Under the pieces are notes generated by a model that had not been told where the DNA came from, ran no database searches, and saw only the letters and a program-made list of their open reading frames with translations. 64,000 nucleotides of DNA from an uncultured Gemmatimonadaceae bacterium (GTDB lineage Bacteria > Gemmatimonadota > Gemmatimonadetes > Gemmatimonadales > Gemmatimonadaceae), in assembly GCA_963817955.1 (NCBI GenBank), contig CAWFQK010000002.1, forward strand, positions 384,001-448,000, read 5' to 3'. The stretch's first letter is position 1; each line of letters opens with the position of its first letter. A program made the position numbers and the translations under genes. Positions 1 through 9,582 of the stretch are shown in pieces.

Positions 1-1305
1 CAGGCGGCCGCGGAACCCGGAATGGCCGCATTGCGGGCACGAGCCGCCCACCCCGTGGCAGGCCGGGCAGAGCCGGCGTATCAATCGTTGGGCCAGCACA
101 CCCTTTACCGCGGTCGCGATCTTGTAGCTCGCAACACCGATATCGACCAGGCGAGTCACCGCGCTCGGTGCATCGTTGGTATGCAACGTGGATAGCACGA
201 GATGGCCGGTGAGCGACGCCTGGATCGCGATCTCCGCCGTCTCACGGTCGCGAATCTCACCAATGAGGAGCACGTCCGGGTCCTGCCGCATGATGGAGCG
301 CAAAGCGGATGCGAACGTCAGTCCGGCCTTTTCGTTCACCTGCACCTGCACGATGCCAGGCAGCCGGTACTCGATCGGATCTTCGACTGTGACGATGTTC
401 ACGCCGCGCTCCTTGAGCCGGCGAAGCGCCGCATACAAGGTCGTCGTCTTACCAGATCCGGTAGGCCCCGTCACGAGAATGAGTCCTTCGCGCGCCTGCA
501 GCAGTTGGTCGATACGCGCCAGTTCCCAGCGATGGAATCCCATCCCCTCCAGCGTGAGCACGGCGGACCGGACATCGAGCACCCGCACGACCACCTTTTC
601 ACCATGCGATGCGGGCAGCGTGGACACACGAAGGTCCACTGCGACGCCGTTGATCGCTACCCGCGCGCGGCCATCCTGAGGACGAAGCCGATCGGCGATG
701 TCGAGGCCGGAGATGATCTTGATGCGGGAAACGAGCGCTGGTCCGACGGCCCGCGGGATGGTGCGCGCCAGCGCCAACACGCCGTCGATGCGGTGTCGCA
801 CCGCGATGCCTTGCTCCTCCGGCTCAATGTGAATGTCGCTGGCACGCGCGGCGATACCACCGGCGAGCAGTTCGTCTACCAAGTACGTGATCGACGAGCC
901 TGTCTCATCGCCCGGGGACGGGGGCGCGGCCTCCTGCTCGTCATCCAGATGCTGCACCTCGAGTAGAGGATCGTGATCACGCGTGGCTCCCTCGCCGCGG
1001 TAGACCTCATCGATGCGTCGCCCGATATCGTCGGCGGGCGCCACCGAGAGACGAACGCGGCGACCAGTGGCGAACGCCAACGTGCGCTCACAATCCACGT
1101 CGAGCGGATCTGCGGTAGCAATGAGCAGTTCCTGCTCGGTGGCCGTAATTGGTACGACGTGGAACCGGCGAGCCCATCGCTCCGGTACGAGTGCGACGGC
1201 CTGAGACGAAGCGGCGGCGAGATCGGCAATTGGAAGACGAAATCGACGGGCGAGCGTCCCCAGGTCGGGCGGCAACGGGGACGGCGAGGGAGCGCGGGAA
1301 GCCAT
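1..1305 (-). CDS. GspE/PulE/PilB-family secretion or pilus assembly ATPase (3' end runs off the window)
   Basis: Manual translation (absent from ORF track): ATG at 1305, MASRAPSP...ALVPERWARRFHVVP...ADPLD N-terminal domain, Walker A LVTGPTGSGKTTTLY, RQDPDVLLIGEIRD, STLHTN, CPQCGHSGFRGR. Confidence 0.9.
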   Translation of the reverse strand, partial: MASRAPSPSPLPPDLGTLARRFRLPIADLAAASSQAVALVPERWARRFHVVPITATEQELLIATADPLDVDCERTLAFATGRRVRLSVAPADDIGRRIDEVYRGEGATRDHDPLLEVQHLDDEQEAAPPSPGDETGSSITYLVDELLAGGIAARASDIHIEPEEQGIAVRHRIDGVLALARTIPRAVGPALVSRIKIISGLDIADRLRPQDGRARVAINGVAVDLRVSTLPASHGEKVVVRVLDVRSAVLTLEGMGFHRWELARIDQLLQAREGLILVTGPTGSGKTTTLYAALRRLKERGVNIVTVEDPIEYRLPGIVQVQVNEKAGLTFASALRSIMRQDPDVLLIGEIRDRETAEIAIQASLTGHLVLSTLHTNDAPSAVTRLVDIGVASYKIATAVKGVLAQRLIRRLCPACHGVGGSCPQCGHSGFRGRL

Positions 1306-1380
1306 GCGCAGATAATCGCCGCCGCGTACCAAGGATGTGTTACCGCGCCATTGCCGGTAGGCGCGGCGTACTGCACGCGA

Positions 1381-3447
1381 TCAGAGAATGCTCCAGAACT
1401 CCCGGCTGACATCGATATTGAACGTCCACCGGCCTCCACGTCCCACGCCGCGCGCGACGTCGACTCGGAGGAGATCGAACGGCGTGAGATACGCGGCCCC
1501 AATCGCTGGACGCACGCCGCCTCCATCGAGTATCACCCCGTGGACGTAGGGTGCAAACGTCCCGCGCGCCGGGACCCGCCCAAACCGACCGAGAGAAAAC
1601 GGAATGAACGGCGCAGGCAACCGCCACTCCAGATGTTCGGTCGCAGCCGCACGAGCCACGAGCGAATGGAAATCGTAGCCCGGCGCCGAGACGGAGCCGC
1701 CTAGCAACATCATCTCCTGAGGCGGATATCGTCCGGCCGATGTCCAGGTTCCGCCTATCGTTGTACGGCTCTCCAACCGTTGCGCGCCGAACGGCCGTTC
1801 GACGTTCACCGCAATGTGCCCGCGCATTGTCTGGAGATCGGTCCAGTCCAGCGCCGCGCCACCGAGACCGCGCGTCCAACGTGCTTCTCCGTCTGCGCTG
1901 ACTTCTGTCCCGAGAAATGACAGATGGGCAGGAAGCGAGCCGCTCAAGGCCGTTCGAGCGACGCGACCTGCAAAGGCTGCCACCGTCGGCTCAAAAGCAC
2001 CGACCACCGGCCGTGCGTGTACAGCCAGTGGATCCTGGCGCTCGACACCGGCATCGAGTCGCCACTGCGTTGCGCCGATCGCGGGAAAATCCAGCCCGAT
2101 CCCGCCGCCACGTACGAGGTACGGGTCGGTCTCGTCGCTGCCGAATTCCTGCGACGCCAGACTATTCATGACCGTCGAACGCTCAGGCTGGTCTCCGACA
2201 TCGCGAAAGTCGCGCATGGCAAACGCGTGTATGCCGAAACCCGATGCGTGCTGCCATGAGAGCGTTGCATTGCCCTTTACCGAATGATCGTCGACGCCAT
2301 AACGGGCATGCGTCGCGGCCCGAAACCCATTCCCGAACTGCTTGGCCAGGCCGTCGCCCACCGCAAAGCCTTCGACGCGGTTGAATCGGGCGATGTCCGA
2401 GACATTGCGCATCGACATCGTGACCTGCTGCGCGCGCGCGAGCGCTTGCGCCCGGACGAGCTGGTGCGCCTCCTCCTGCACGCGCTGAATGTCGGCGTCG
2501 GTGACGGCGCGAACGTCCGGCGGCAGCGAGTCGAGAATGGCGCCCTTCCAGACGTACTGTTTCAATTGCGACGGCGGCGCCTGCACAATCTCCGGACCGG
2601 TAAACACCGTCGGCGCCAGTGCCAGATTGAAGCGGTAGTCGCCAATCTCCCAACGCCCGCGAATGATCCCCCGCACCGGGTAGTCGAGCCACTCGCCCCC
2701 ACGTTGGATCTCCACTTCCTGCCTGCTGGGGAGCCAGAAACGCCCGCTCACCAGGCGGTTCTCCAGTACGACCGAGAGCTGCTCCAACGCCTGATCGATG
2801 AATGCGGCACGCGTGAAGCTGAAATTCATCCGGACCACCTGTGCTGTCGCCCGGTCGATATACACTGCACCCACGACCCTCGGCGCGCGGTCATTCTTCG
2901 GCCGGACCTTCACCTCGTAGACCTGAATGCGCTGCGTCCCGGAGCCGATGGCGAAACTGTCGGCCAGTGCGAAGTCGTACAGGGACGTTCCGCTCGGAGA
3001 GAGGGGATGCGGCACGTCGCGCACCTCATCGCCTTCGCCAATCCGGATGATGTTCGGGAAGTTGTTCTGGACGATACCGAGGTGGTCGCGGTGGTAGGCG
3101 ATATCGGTCGGCAGCAACAGCGTGTCGCGGCGGCCAACGATTCGCTGCTTGCTCTGATTGGGCGCGTGCCAGTAGACTTCGAGTTCCAATTCATCCGCCT
3201 TGATGATCTTGGGCGGCGTGCGGAAGCCTTGGCCAAGCTGCGCCAAAAAACTGACGTAGCCGTGCGCGGTAGCTTGGTAGTCCGTGAGGCCGGTGTCCGC
3301 GAGCTGCTGGGCGCGCCGTGTAATGGCGCGGTCGATCAGCGTGAGGCTGAGCGAATCATTCCACGTCTGGGCCGCTGCTGCCCGCGCCAGACTTACCACC
3401 ACGAAAATACAGCACGCGGCGCGGCGCGCTGCGAGGAATCGACGCAT
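1381..3447 (-). CDS. Exported or outer-membrane hypothetical protein (DUF5686-like, probable C-terminal beta-barrel)
   Basis: ORF 1381..3783 trimmed to ATG 3447 (signal peptide MRRFLAARR...AAAAQ); RFNRVEG motif; beta-strand-like C-terminus. Confidence 0.6.
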   Translation of the reverse strand: MRRFLAARRAACCIFVVVSLARAAAAQTWNDSLSLTLIDRAITRRAQQLADTGLTDYQATAHGYVSFLAQLGQGFRTPPKIIKADELELEVYWHAPNQSKQRIVGRRDTLLLPTDIAYHRDHLGIVQNNFPNIIRIGEGDEVRDVPHPLSPSGTSLYDFALADSFAIGSGTQRIQVYEVKVRPKNDRAPRVVGAVYIDRATAQVVRMNFSFTRAAFIDQALEQLSVVLENRLVSGRFWLPSRQEVEIQRGGEWLDYPVRGIIRGRWEIGDYRFNLALAPTVFTGPEIVQAPPSQLKQYVWKGAILDSLPPDVRAVTDADIQRVQEEAHQLVRAQALARAQQVTMSMRNVSDIARFNRVEGFAVGDGLAKQFGNGFRAATHARYGVDDHSVKGNATLSWQHASGFGIHAFAMRDFRDVGDQPERSTVMNSLASQEFGSDETDPYLVRGGGIGLDFPAIGATQWRLDAGVERQDPLAVHARPVVGAFEPTVAAFAGRVARTALSGSLPAHLSFLGTEVSADGEARWTRGLGGAALDWTDLQTMRGHIAVNVERPFGAQRLESRTTIGGTWTSAGRYPPQEMMLLGGSVSAPGYDFHSLVARAAATEHLEWRLPAPFIPFSLGRFGRVPARGTFAPYVHGVILDGGGVRPAIGAAYLTPFDLLRVDVARGVGRGGRWTFNIDVSREFWSIL

Positions 3448-3516
3448 GATCTGCGAATATCGCCCGAGAGCACAGCGGGAGCAACCCATTCGGGCACAGT
3501 CGACGCAGGTGCTGGC

Positions 3517-5010
3517 GTGAACGCCCAGGAATTTTACGCGCATGCACGGGGTGCAAGCGGCCGATGTCTCATTCCCGTCTGGCGCGATGTGCTCCTCGAT
3601 ACAGAAACACCAGTGGCAGCGTTCGCCAAGTTGCGGAGCGGGCCCTTTGCGTTCCTGCTCGAATCGGCCCCAGCCGGGGGTGAGATGTGGGCGCGCTACA
3701 CGTTCATGGGCACTGCCCCGCGCAGCGCGTGGAAGCTGAAGGACGGCGTGGTGCAGGATTGGACGGAAGACCGAGGGTGGCACAACGACCGTCAGCCGGC
3801 CGATCCGCTGGATGATCTCGAAGCCCTGCTTCGCGAGTGCGAGCCGATCGACCTCCCGGAAATTGGCGAGTTCTGGAGCGGTGCCGTCGGATACTTCGGG
3901 TATGACGTGGCACGTGTCATCGAGATGCTTCCCGCGCCGCCCGCGCGCGGGCTGGATGTGCCCGATGCGCTATTCGTCTTTACCGACGCATTGGTCATCT
4001 TCGACAACCTGCGCTCGCAGGCGCGCGTGGTGGTCGCGGCGCGGGTTGCGGCAGGCGCCTCGGACGAGGATCTCAACCTCGCGTACACCCGCGCCGTCGA
4101 AACAATCGACGCCACGATGGACCGGCTCCGTGGACCGTCCGTGCTGGAACCGCTCGAGCTCAATCCGTCGAAACCCGCAGCCGAAGGAACGTCGCGGTAC
4201 GACAAGGCAAAGTTCCTCGAGGACGTGGACCGCATTCGCGAGTACATCATTGCTGGCGATGCGTTTCAGGTGCAGCTCGCGCGACGAATCGACGTGCCAT
4301 TCGACTTCTCCTCCACCGATCTGTATCGCGCCCTGCGGGTGATCAATCCGTCGCCGTACATGTACCACCTCGTGCTCGACGGCGTCGAGATCGTTGGCAG
4401 CTCGCCGGAACTGCTCGTACGAGTCAGCGCGGGTGGCACGGTCACCTTGCGCCCGATTGCCGGCACGCGTCGGCGCGGACGCACGCTCGAGGACGACGCC
4501 GCGATGACCGAGGAGCTCCTGGCGGACGAGAAGGAGCGCGCCGAACATCTGATGCTGGTCGATCTCGGCCGCAATGATGTCGGCCGAATCGCCACGTATG
4601 GCACAGTGCGCGTTACCGAGCTGATGGTCGTGGAGCGTTACTCCCACGTTTTGCACCTGGTGAGCCAGGTAGATGGCACGCTCCGGCCGGGCCTCACCGC
4701 CATGGATGCATTCCGGGCCAGCTTTCCCGCCGGAACGCTGACCGGTGCCCCCAAGGTGCGAGCCATGGAGATCATCGACGAAATGGAGCCGGAGCGGCGC
4801 GGGCCTTACGGGGGCGCTGTCGGCTACATTAGCGCCGGCGTGCGGCGCATGGACCTCGCGATCACCATCCGGACGTGCGTGATCGCCAACGGCATCGCCT
4901 CAGTGCAAGCGGCCGCCGGTATCGTCTACGATTCGATTCCCGAACGCGAGTTCCTGGAGCATCAGAACAAGGCGCGCGCGCTGCTGACGGCCATTGGCCA
5001 GGTGCGATGA
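3517..5010 (+). CDS. trpE: Anthranilate synthase component I
   Basis: DTETPV, FLLES, NPSPYM, PIAGTRRRG, KERAEHLMLVDLGRND, FPAGTLTGAPKVRAM; GTG start at 3517 inferred. Confidence 0.93.
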   Translation: MNAQEFYAHARGASGRCLIPVWRDVLLDTETPVAAFAKLRSGPFAFLLESAPAGGEMWARYTFMGTAPRSAWKLKDGVVQDWTEDRGWHNDRQPADPLDDLEALLRECEPIDLPEIGEFWSGAVGYFGYDVARVIEMLPAPPARGLDVPDALFVFTDALVIFDNLRSQARVVVAARVAAGASDEDLNLAYTRAVETIDATMDRLRGPSVLEPLELNPSKPAAEGTSRYDKAKFLEDVDRIREYIIAGDAFQVQLARRIDVPFDFSSTDLYRALRVINPSPYMYHLVLDGVEIVGSSPELLVRVSAGGTVTLRPIAGTRRRGRTLEDDAAMTEELLADEKERAEHLMLVDLGRNDVGRIATYGTVRVTELMVVERYSHVLHLVSQVDGTLRPGLTAMDAFRASFPAGTLTGAPKVRAMEIIDEMEPERRGPYGGAVGYISAGVRRMDLAITIRTCVIANGIASVQAAAGIVYDSIPEREFLEHQNKARALLTAIGQVR

Positions 5011-5074
5011 AGAGGAGCCGCCAACAGGTTCAGAACCAAGCCGAACAACGGAGTTGCTCCGGCAGTCCCTTTCT

Positions 5075-5120
5075 TCTAGCGTCTAGCGTCTAGCATCTAG
5101 CGTGTAACGTCTAGCGTCTA
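5075..5120. repeat. 7-bp tandem repeat (TCTAGCG) x ~6.5
   Basis: TCTAGCG TCTAGCG TCTAGCA TCTAGCG TGTAACG TCTAGCG TCTA. Confidence 0.9.
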
Positions 5121-5138
5121 TCGCCTGGTACCTTCCCG

Positions 5139-6731
5139 ATGCCCTTCAAGCTGACCTCTACCGACGGCCTGCATTCGTTCGAGCTGCGTGAAGGTACGCC
5201 AATCGTCATCGGTCGTGCGCCAACCAGCGACATCCCGATCATCGATCCGACCATCTCGCGCCGTCACGCCGAAGTGGAGTGCAACAAGGGTCTCGTGACC
5301 GTGCGAGATCTTGGATCGAGTAACGGCACCTTCCTGAACGGCACGCGTGTCGATACGGCGGCCGTCGGCCCAGGGGACGTCCTGACGTTCGGCAAGGTCG
5401 GTTTCCGGCTGCACCAGCTCGCGGCTATACCGGCGCCCGCCGCCACACCGCCCCCCCCGCCCCCGGGAGCCACGATCGTCCGCCAGCTCCCCGTTCGCGA
5501 TCCCGGGGCGACGATCGCCGGTCTGCAAAGCCCTCTGAATGCCCCCACCGCGCCTAGCTGGCAACACGACCGCGCGCCGCTCGACAAGAGTCGGCAGAAG
5601 CTCGCCACGCTCCTCGAAGTCTCGAAGGGCCTCGGCAAGACTGCGGACATCGACGCGCTGCTCGACAAGATCGTCAGCTACGCGTATCAAATACTCGAAG
5701 TCGATCGCGTCGCCATCTTGCTCACCGAAGATGGCGGCGAGCTCGTGCCGAAGATCGCGCGTGACAAGCGCGGTGGCGACTCGACGCGTGCGGTCCCGCA
5801 GTCGATCGCCCGCACCGCGCTCAAGGACAAGGTTGCCATCCTGTCTGACAATGCCGGCGAGGACACACGTTTTGGCGGGCATTCGATCCTCATGCAGCAG
5901 ATTCGCTCCGCGATCTGCGTTCCGCTCATCGGCAGCGAGGACAAGGCGCTGGGTATTCTGTACGTCGACAACGTCACGACGACACACCGGTTCAGTGATG
6001 AGGACTTCGAGTTTTGCATCGCGTTCGCCGGCATCGCCGCGGTCGCCATCGACAACGGGCAGTTCGCTCAACGGATCCAGCGCGAGCTCCTGACACGCAG
6101 CAACTTCGAACGATTCTTCACGCCGCAACTCGCGAAGCGAATCGCCGAATCCTCGGAGACCATTCGTCTAGGCGGCGACAAACGACAGGTCGCCGTGCTG
6201 TTCACGGACATCCGCGGCTTCACCGCGATGGCGGAATCCATGCGGCCGGACGACATGGCGAGCCTACTCACCGAGTACCTGACGCAAATGGTCGACTGCG
6301 TGTTCCGCTACGAGGGCACGCTCGACAAGTTCATCGGCGATTCGGTCATGGCGCAGTGGGGCGCGCCGATCGGTGGCCCCGACGACGCCGACAAGGCGAT
6401 GTCAGCGGCAATCGATATGATGCACGAGCTCGACAAACTGAACGCTCGCTGGCAGACCGAAGGACGCCCACAACTCCAGCACGGCATCGGTCTCAATTTT
6501 GGTGAAGCGTTCGCCGGCAATATTGGATCGGAGCGCCGTCTCGAGTTCACGGTCATTGGCGACACGGTCAACACGGCGGCACGACTTTGCGCAGCCGCCG
6601 ACGGCGAAATTCTCCTCTCCGACGACTTCCGCAAAATGTTGAGCAAGCCGCCGTCGCTCGAGGAGTGCCCCCCCATGGAGTTCAAGAACAAGAGTCAGCC
6701 GGTCACGGTCTATCGGGTCGTGCTCGGTTGA
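5139..6731 (+). CDS. FHA-GAF-class III adenylate/guanylate cyclase
   Basis: FHA motifs GR, SRRHA, DLGSSNGT; central GAF; cyclase motifs LFTDIRGFT, DKFIGD, EFTVIGDTVNTAARL. Confidence 0.93.
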   Translation: MPFKLTSTDGLHSFELREGTPIVIGRAPTSDIPIIDPTISRRHAEVECNKGLVTVRDLGSSNGTFLNGTRVDTAAVGPGDVLTFGKVGFRLHQLAAIPAPAATPPPPPPGATIVRQLPVRDPGATIAGLQSPLNAPTAPSWQHDRAPLDKSRQKLATLLEVSKGLGKTADIDALLDKIVSYAYQILEVDRVAILLTEDGGELVPKIARDKRGGDSTRAVPQSIARTALKDKVAILSDNAGEDTRFGGHSILMQQIRSAICVPLIGSEDKALGILYVDNVTTTHRFSDEDFEFCIAFAGIAAVAIDNGQFAQRIQRELLTRSNFERFFTPQLAKRIAESSETIRLGGDKRQVAVLFTDIRGFTAMAESMRPDDMASLLTEYLTQMVDCVFRYEGTLDKFIGDSVMAQWGAPIGGPDDADKAMSAAIDMMHELDKLNARWQTEGRPQLQHGIGLNFGEAFAGNIGSERRLEFTVIGDTVNTAARLCAAADGEILLSDDFRKMLSKPPSLEECPPMEFKNKSQPVTVYRVVLG

Positions 6732-7513
6732 TGGCTGACGCTGAGCTGCCCGCAGGGTTCGTCAGCTTCAGCGTCGGACGCTCTGAGGTCGTGTGCGCCA
6801 ACCACATTGCAGACTCGCTGCGCGAAGTCCTGCGCGCAACGACGCTCCACGAGTATGCGGCCCTGCATCCCACGGCGCGTACCCTCGTCGGACGCGGCAT
6901 CGTGTACGCCGTTCCTTTGCCGGGTGGCGTCGAGCAGGTCGTCGTGCGACACAACCGGCATGGAGGGTTGTTCGCATCGTTCACCGGCGATCTCTTCCTA
7001 CCGCCCACCCGCGCGCCACGCGAGCTTCGCATCTCGCAGCGGCTGCTCGCCAGCGGCGTTCACACGCCGCAGATCCTCGCCTATGTGTCGTATCTGACGG
7101 TGATCGGTCTGCGCCGGGTCGACGTCGTGAGCCGAGAAGTGACCGACAGTTCCGACCTGTCGTATGCGTTGATGACAGGCGATCCAGCCGCTCGCAAGCG
7201 TGCCTTGAGCGCCACCGCCGATCTGATCAATGCGCTCAGCGCCGCCAGTGCGCGTCATCACGATCTCAACGTGAAGAACGTACTGCTGCGCGAGCACGGC
7301 GGCGCTGCGTCAGACGCTCTCGTGCTCGACGTGGACCGCGTCAGCTTCGTGTCGAACGCGGCGGCGGCGCGTCAGGGAAATCTCTCGCGCCTGCTGCGAT
7401 CGGCGACGAAATGGCAAGCCGAGCGAGGCGCTCAGGTTACCAGCGCCGAATTGGCCGCCTTCGCGGCGGCGGTACGCGACGTAGGCGTCGCTCCGCGCAT
7501 GACACTCTCGTAG
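6731..7513 (+). CDS. Kdo/lipopolysaccharide kinase family protein
   Basis: VVRHNRHGG, HHDLNVKNVL, LDVDR, NLSRLLRS; next to LPS glycosyltransferases. Confidence 0.8.
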   Translation: MADAELPAGFVSFSVGRSEVVCANHIADSLREVLRATTLHEYAALHPTARTLVGRGIVYAVPLPGGVEQVVVRHNRHGGLFASFTGDLFLPPTRAPRELRISQRLLASGVHTPQILAYVSYLTVIGLRRVDVVSREVTDSSDLSYALMTGDPAARKRALSATADLINALSAASARHHDLNVKNVLLREHGGAASDALVLDVDRVSFVSNAAAARQGNLSRLLRSATKWQAERGAQVTSAELAAFAAAVRDVGVAPRMTLS

Positions 7514-8571
7514 ACGGCGAGAGTGCGATCGGTCATGCGTTCCACGGAGAATTGGCCCGCCCGCGCACGGGCGTCCGCCGCGACCCGCGCGTGGAGCACT
7601 GGATCGGTGAGCAACCGCACGATCGCATCACCGAGTGCCAATGGATCGCTCGTCGGCGCGAGCAACCCTGAAACGCCGTCCTCGACGACCTCTGGAATGC
7701 CCCCGGCTCGCGTGGCAGCGATCGGAACGCCGAACGTGAGTGCGTCGAGCAGCACTGACCCCATCCCCTCTTCGCGCGAGCTGAGACAGGCGACGTCCGC
7801 TGCCGCGAGCAGCGCATCGGCGTCGGTGCGATACCCGGTAAGTCGCACGGTCGTTTGCAGGCCGAGCGTTTCTATCTCACGCTCCACGTCCATCCGCAGC
7901 GGCCCCTCTCCGACCAGGAGCGCCTGTACGGCAGGCAGCCGTTCGCGCACGCGCGACAAGGCGCGTACGAAGTTCACCGGGTCCTTGTGTCCCACGAGCT
8001 GCGCCACCTGCACCACGAGTGGGGCAGCGGTCACGCCCAGCGTCTTGAGGACGGCCCGGGACGCCGGCTCGACGCACCGCTGCGTGTCCACGCCGTCCGG
8101 CACGACACGAATCTTCGAATGCGCAATGCCACAGCCCTCGAGGACACGCGCCACGGCCTCCGAGACTGCGACGATGACCGCCGCTCGTCCGTACTTCCAA
8201 CGGGTGCCGACATTTCGGCGCAGGGGGAAGTCCACGCGCCGCGAGACAACGAGCGATACCGCCGTGCCGAGCGTCGCCAGCGCCGAGATGGCAACGGCAT
8301 GGCCCGTATGCGCGTGCACGATGTCAATGCATCGCGAGCGGATCGTGCCACGCAACCGCCAAGCCGCCCTGAGGTCGGCCTCGCTGAACGGACTGCAGTC
8401 CGTGACGGCGAGTCCCGCGTCTTCAGCGGCATGCGCCAGCAGCTCGCCACGCCTCACCGCGAGCACAGACCCATGACCGCGCCGCGCCAGCTCGCGGGCC
8501 AGCCAGAAGGCTTGCCGCTCACCACCGCGCCAACCGCGCTCGGTATCGACGTGCAGCACGCGAAAGGTCAC
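7432..8571 (-). CDS. Glycosyltransferase family 4
   Basis: LHVDTERGWRGGERQ, DIVHAH, SREEGMGSVLLDA, GGIPEVV; GTG start inferred. Confidence 0.88.
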   Translation of the reverse strand: MTFRVLHVDTERGWRGGERQAFWLARELARRGHGSVLAVRRGELLAHAAEDAGLAVTDCSPFSEADLRAAWRLRGTIRSRCIDIVHAHTGHAVAISALATLGTAVSLVVSRRVDFPLRRNVGTRWKYGRAAVIVAVSEAVARVLEGCGIAHSKIRVVPDGVDTQRCVEPASRAVLKTLGVTAAPLVVQVAQLVGHKDPVNFVRALSRVRERLPAVQALLVGEGPLRMDVEREIETLGLQTTVRLTGYRTDADALLAAADVACLSSREEGMGSVLLDALTFGVPIAATRAGGIPEVVEDGVSGLLAPTSDPLALGDAIVRLLTDPVLHARVAADARARAGQFSVERMTDRTLAVYESVMRGATPTSRTAAAKAANSALVT

Positions 8572-8598
8572 GCGGCGCAACTTCCCCTGTCCGGCCGT

Positions 8599-9582
8599 GT
8601 GGCGCAAGTGCGGCGAATCCTTCTCGTCTCGCTCGACAATCTCGGCGACCTTGTCTTCGCCTCGGCGCTCACGCCCCCCCTGCACGCCGCGTTCCCGGAC
8701 GCGATCATCGATGTCTGGTGTAAGTCGTACACATCACCGGTCGCATCGCTCATTCCGCACGTGCGCCAGGTGATCGCCGCCGATCCGTTGTGGGCCATTG
8801 CCAAGCATGGCCCCAGACCGCGGCTCGCGTCACTGATTCGCGCCATCGGAACGCTTCGCGGCAATCGCTACGACGCCGCCATCCTCAGCGAGGCGCCCTG
8901 GCGAACGGCCGCGGCGGTCGCCGCGACAGCGACGCCCATCCGCATAGGCCTCGCACGCCATCACAATGCACGATTTCTCACACACGTCCTGCCGCCAGAA
9001 GATGCACACAAAGCGGTCGTGCAGGAGCAATCGCGTCTCCTGTCAATCTTCGGCATTGCCGTCGCGTCCGCGCACTACGCGCTCGATGCGACGCTTCTGT
9101 CGGATTTGCGTCAAGTGATCGGCATGCAGCTGCCAGGGCGATTCATCGCGCTGCATCCGTTCGCCACTTCGCGGGACCGCTGCGTGCCACTCGCCGAATG
9201 GACCCGGCTTGCGTCCGCGCTGCACGACCACGGCGTCGCGGTACTCTGGGTGGGCACGTCCGCCGAACTCGCCGAGCTCCGTGGCTCGTACACGCAGCCG
9301 CGCGACCATTACTCCGATCAGCTCGGGGATGGAACCCTGCGCGACAGCGCCGCGGCTCTCTCCCTCGCAGCAGGATTCGTCGGACACGATTCCGGGCCAC
9401 TGCACGTGGCCGCCGCGTTCGGCGTGCCGGTAGTCGGCGTCTTCGCGCCAGGGCAGCCCGACCGCACGTTCCCACAGGGCCCAGGACCCTGGCGCGTGAT
9501 TCATCGTCCCTCGCCCGCTGGCATCGATGCCGGCACCATCCTCCGCGAGATGCACGCGCTCGGTCTATTTTCCGCTGTATGA
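8599..9582 (+). CDS. Glycosyltransferase family 9 (heptosyltransferase-like)
   Basis: ILLVSLDNLGDLV, GHDSGPLHVAAAFGVPVVGVF; GTG start inferred. Confidence 0.88.
   Translation: MAQVRRILLVSLDNLGDLVFASALTPPLHAAFPDAIIDVWCKSYTSPVASLIPHVRQVIAADPLWAIAKHGPRPRLASLIRAIGTLRGNRYDAAILSEAPWRTAAAVAATATPIRIGLARHHNARFLTHVLPPEDAHKAVVQEQSRLLSIFGIAVASAHYALDATLLSDLRQVIGMQLPGRFIALHPFATSRDRCVPLAEWTRLASALHDHGVAVLWVGTSAELAELRGSYTQPRDHYSDQLGDGTLRDSAAALSLAAGFVGHDSGPLHVAAAFGVPVVGVFAPGQPDRTFPQGPGPWRVIHRPSPAGIDAGTILREMHALGLFSAV

Noticed and set aside
176..1704. Plus-strand ORFs 176-679, 202-966 and 973-1704
   Set aside because: Shadows of the minus-strand ATPase and its neighbour.
2284..3516. N-terminal extension of the 908-aa trpE ORF
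   Set aside because: Antisense to the outer-membrane protein gene; TrpE motifs begin after 3517.
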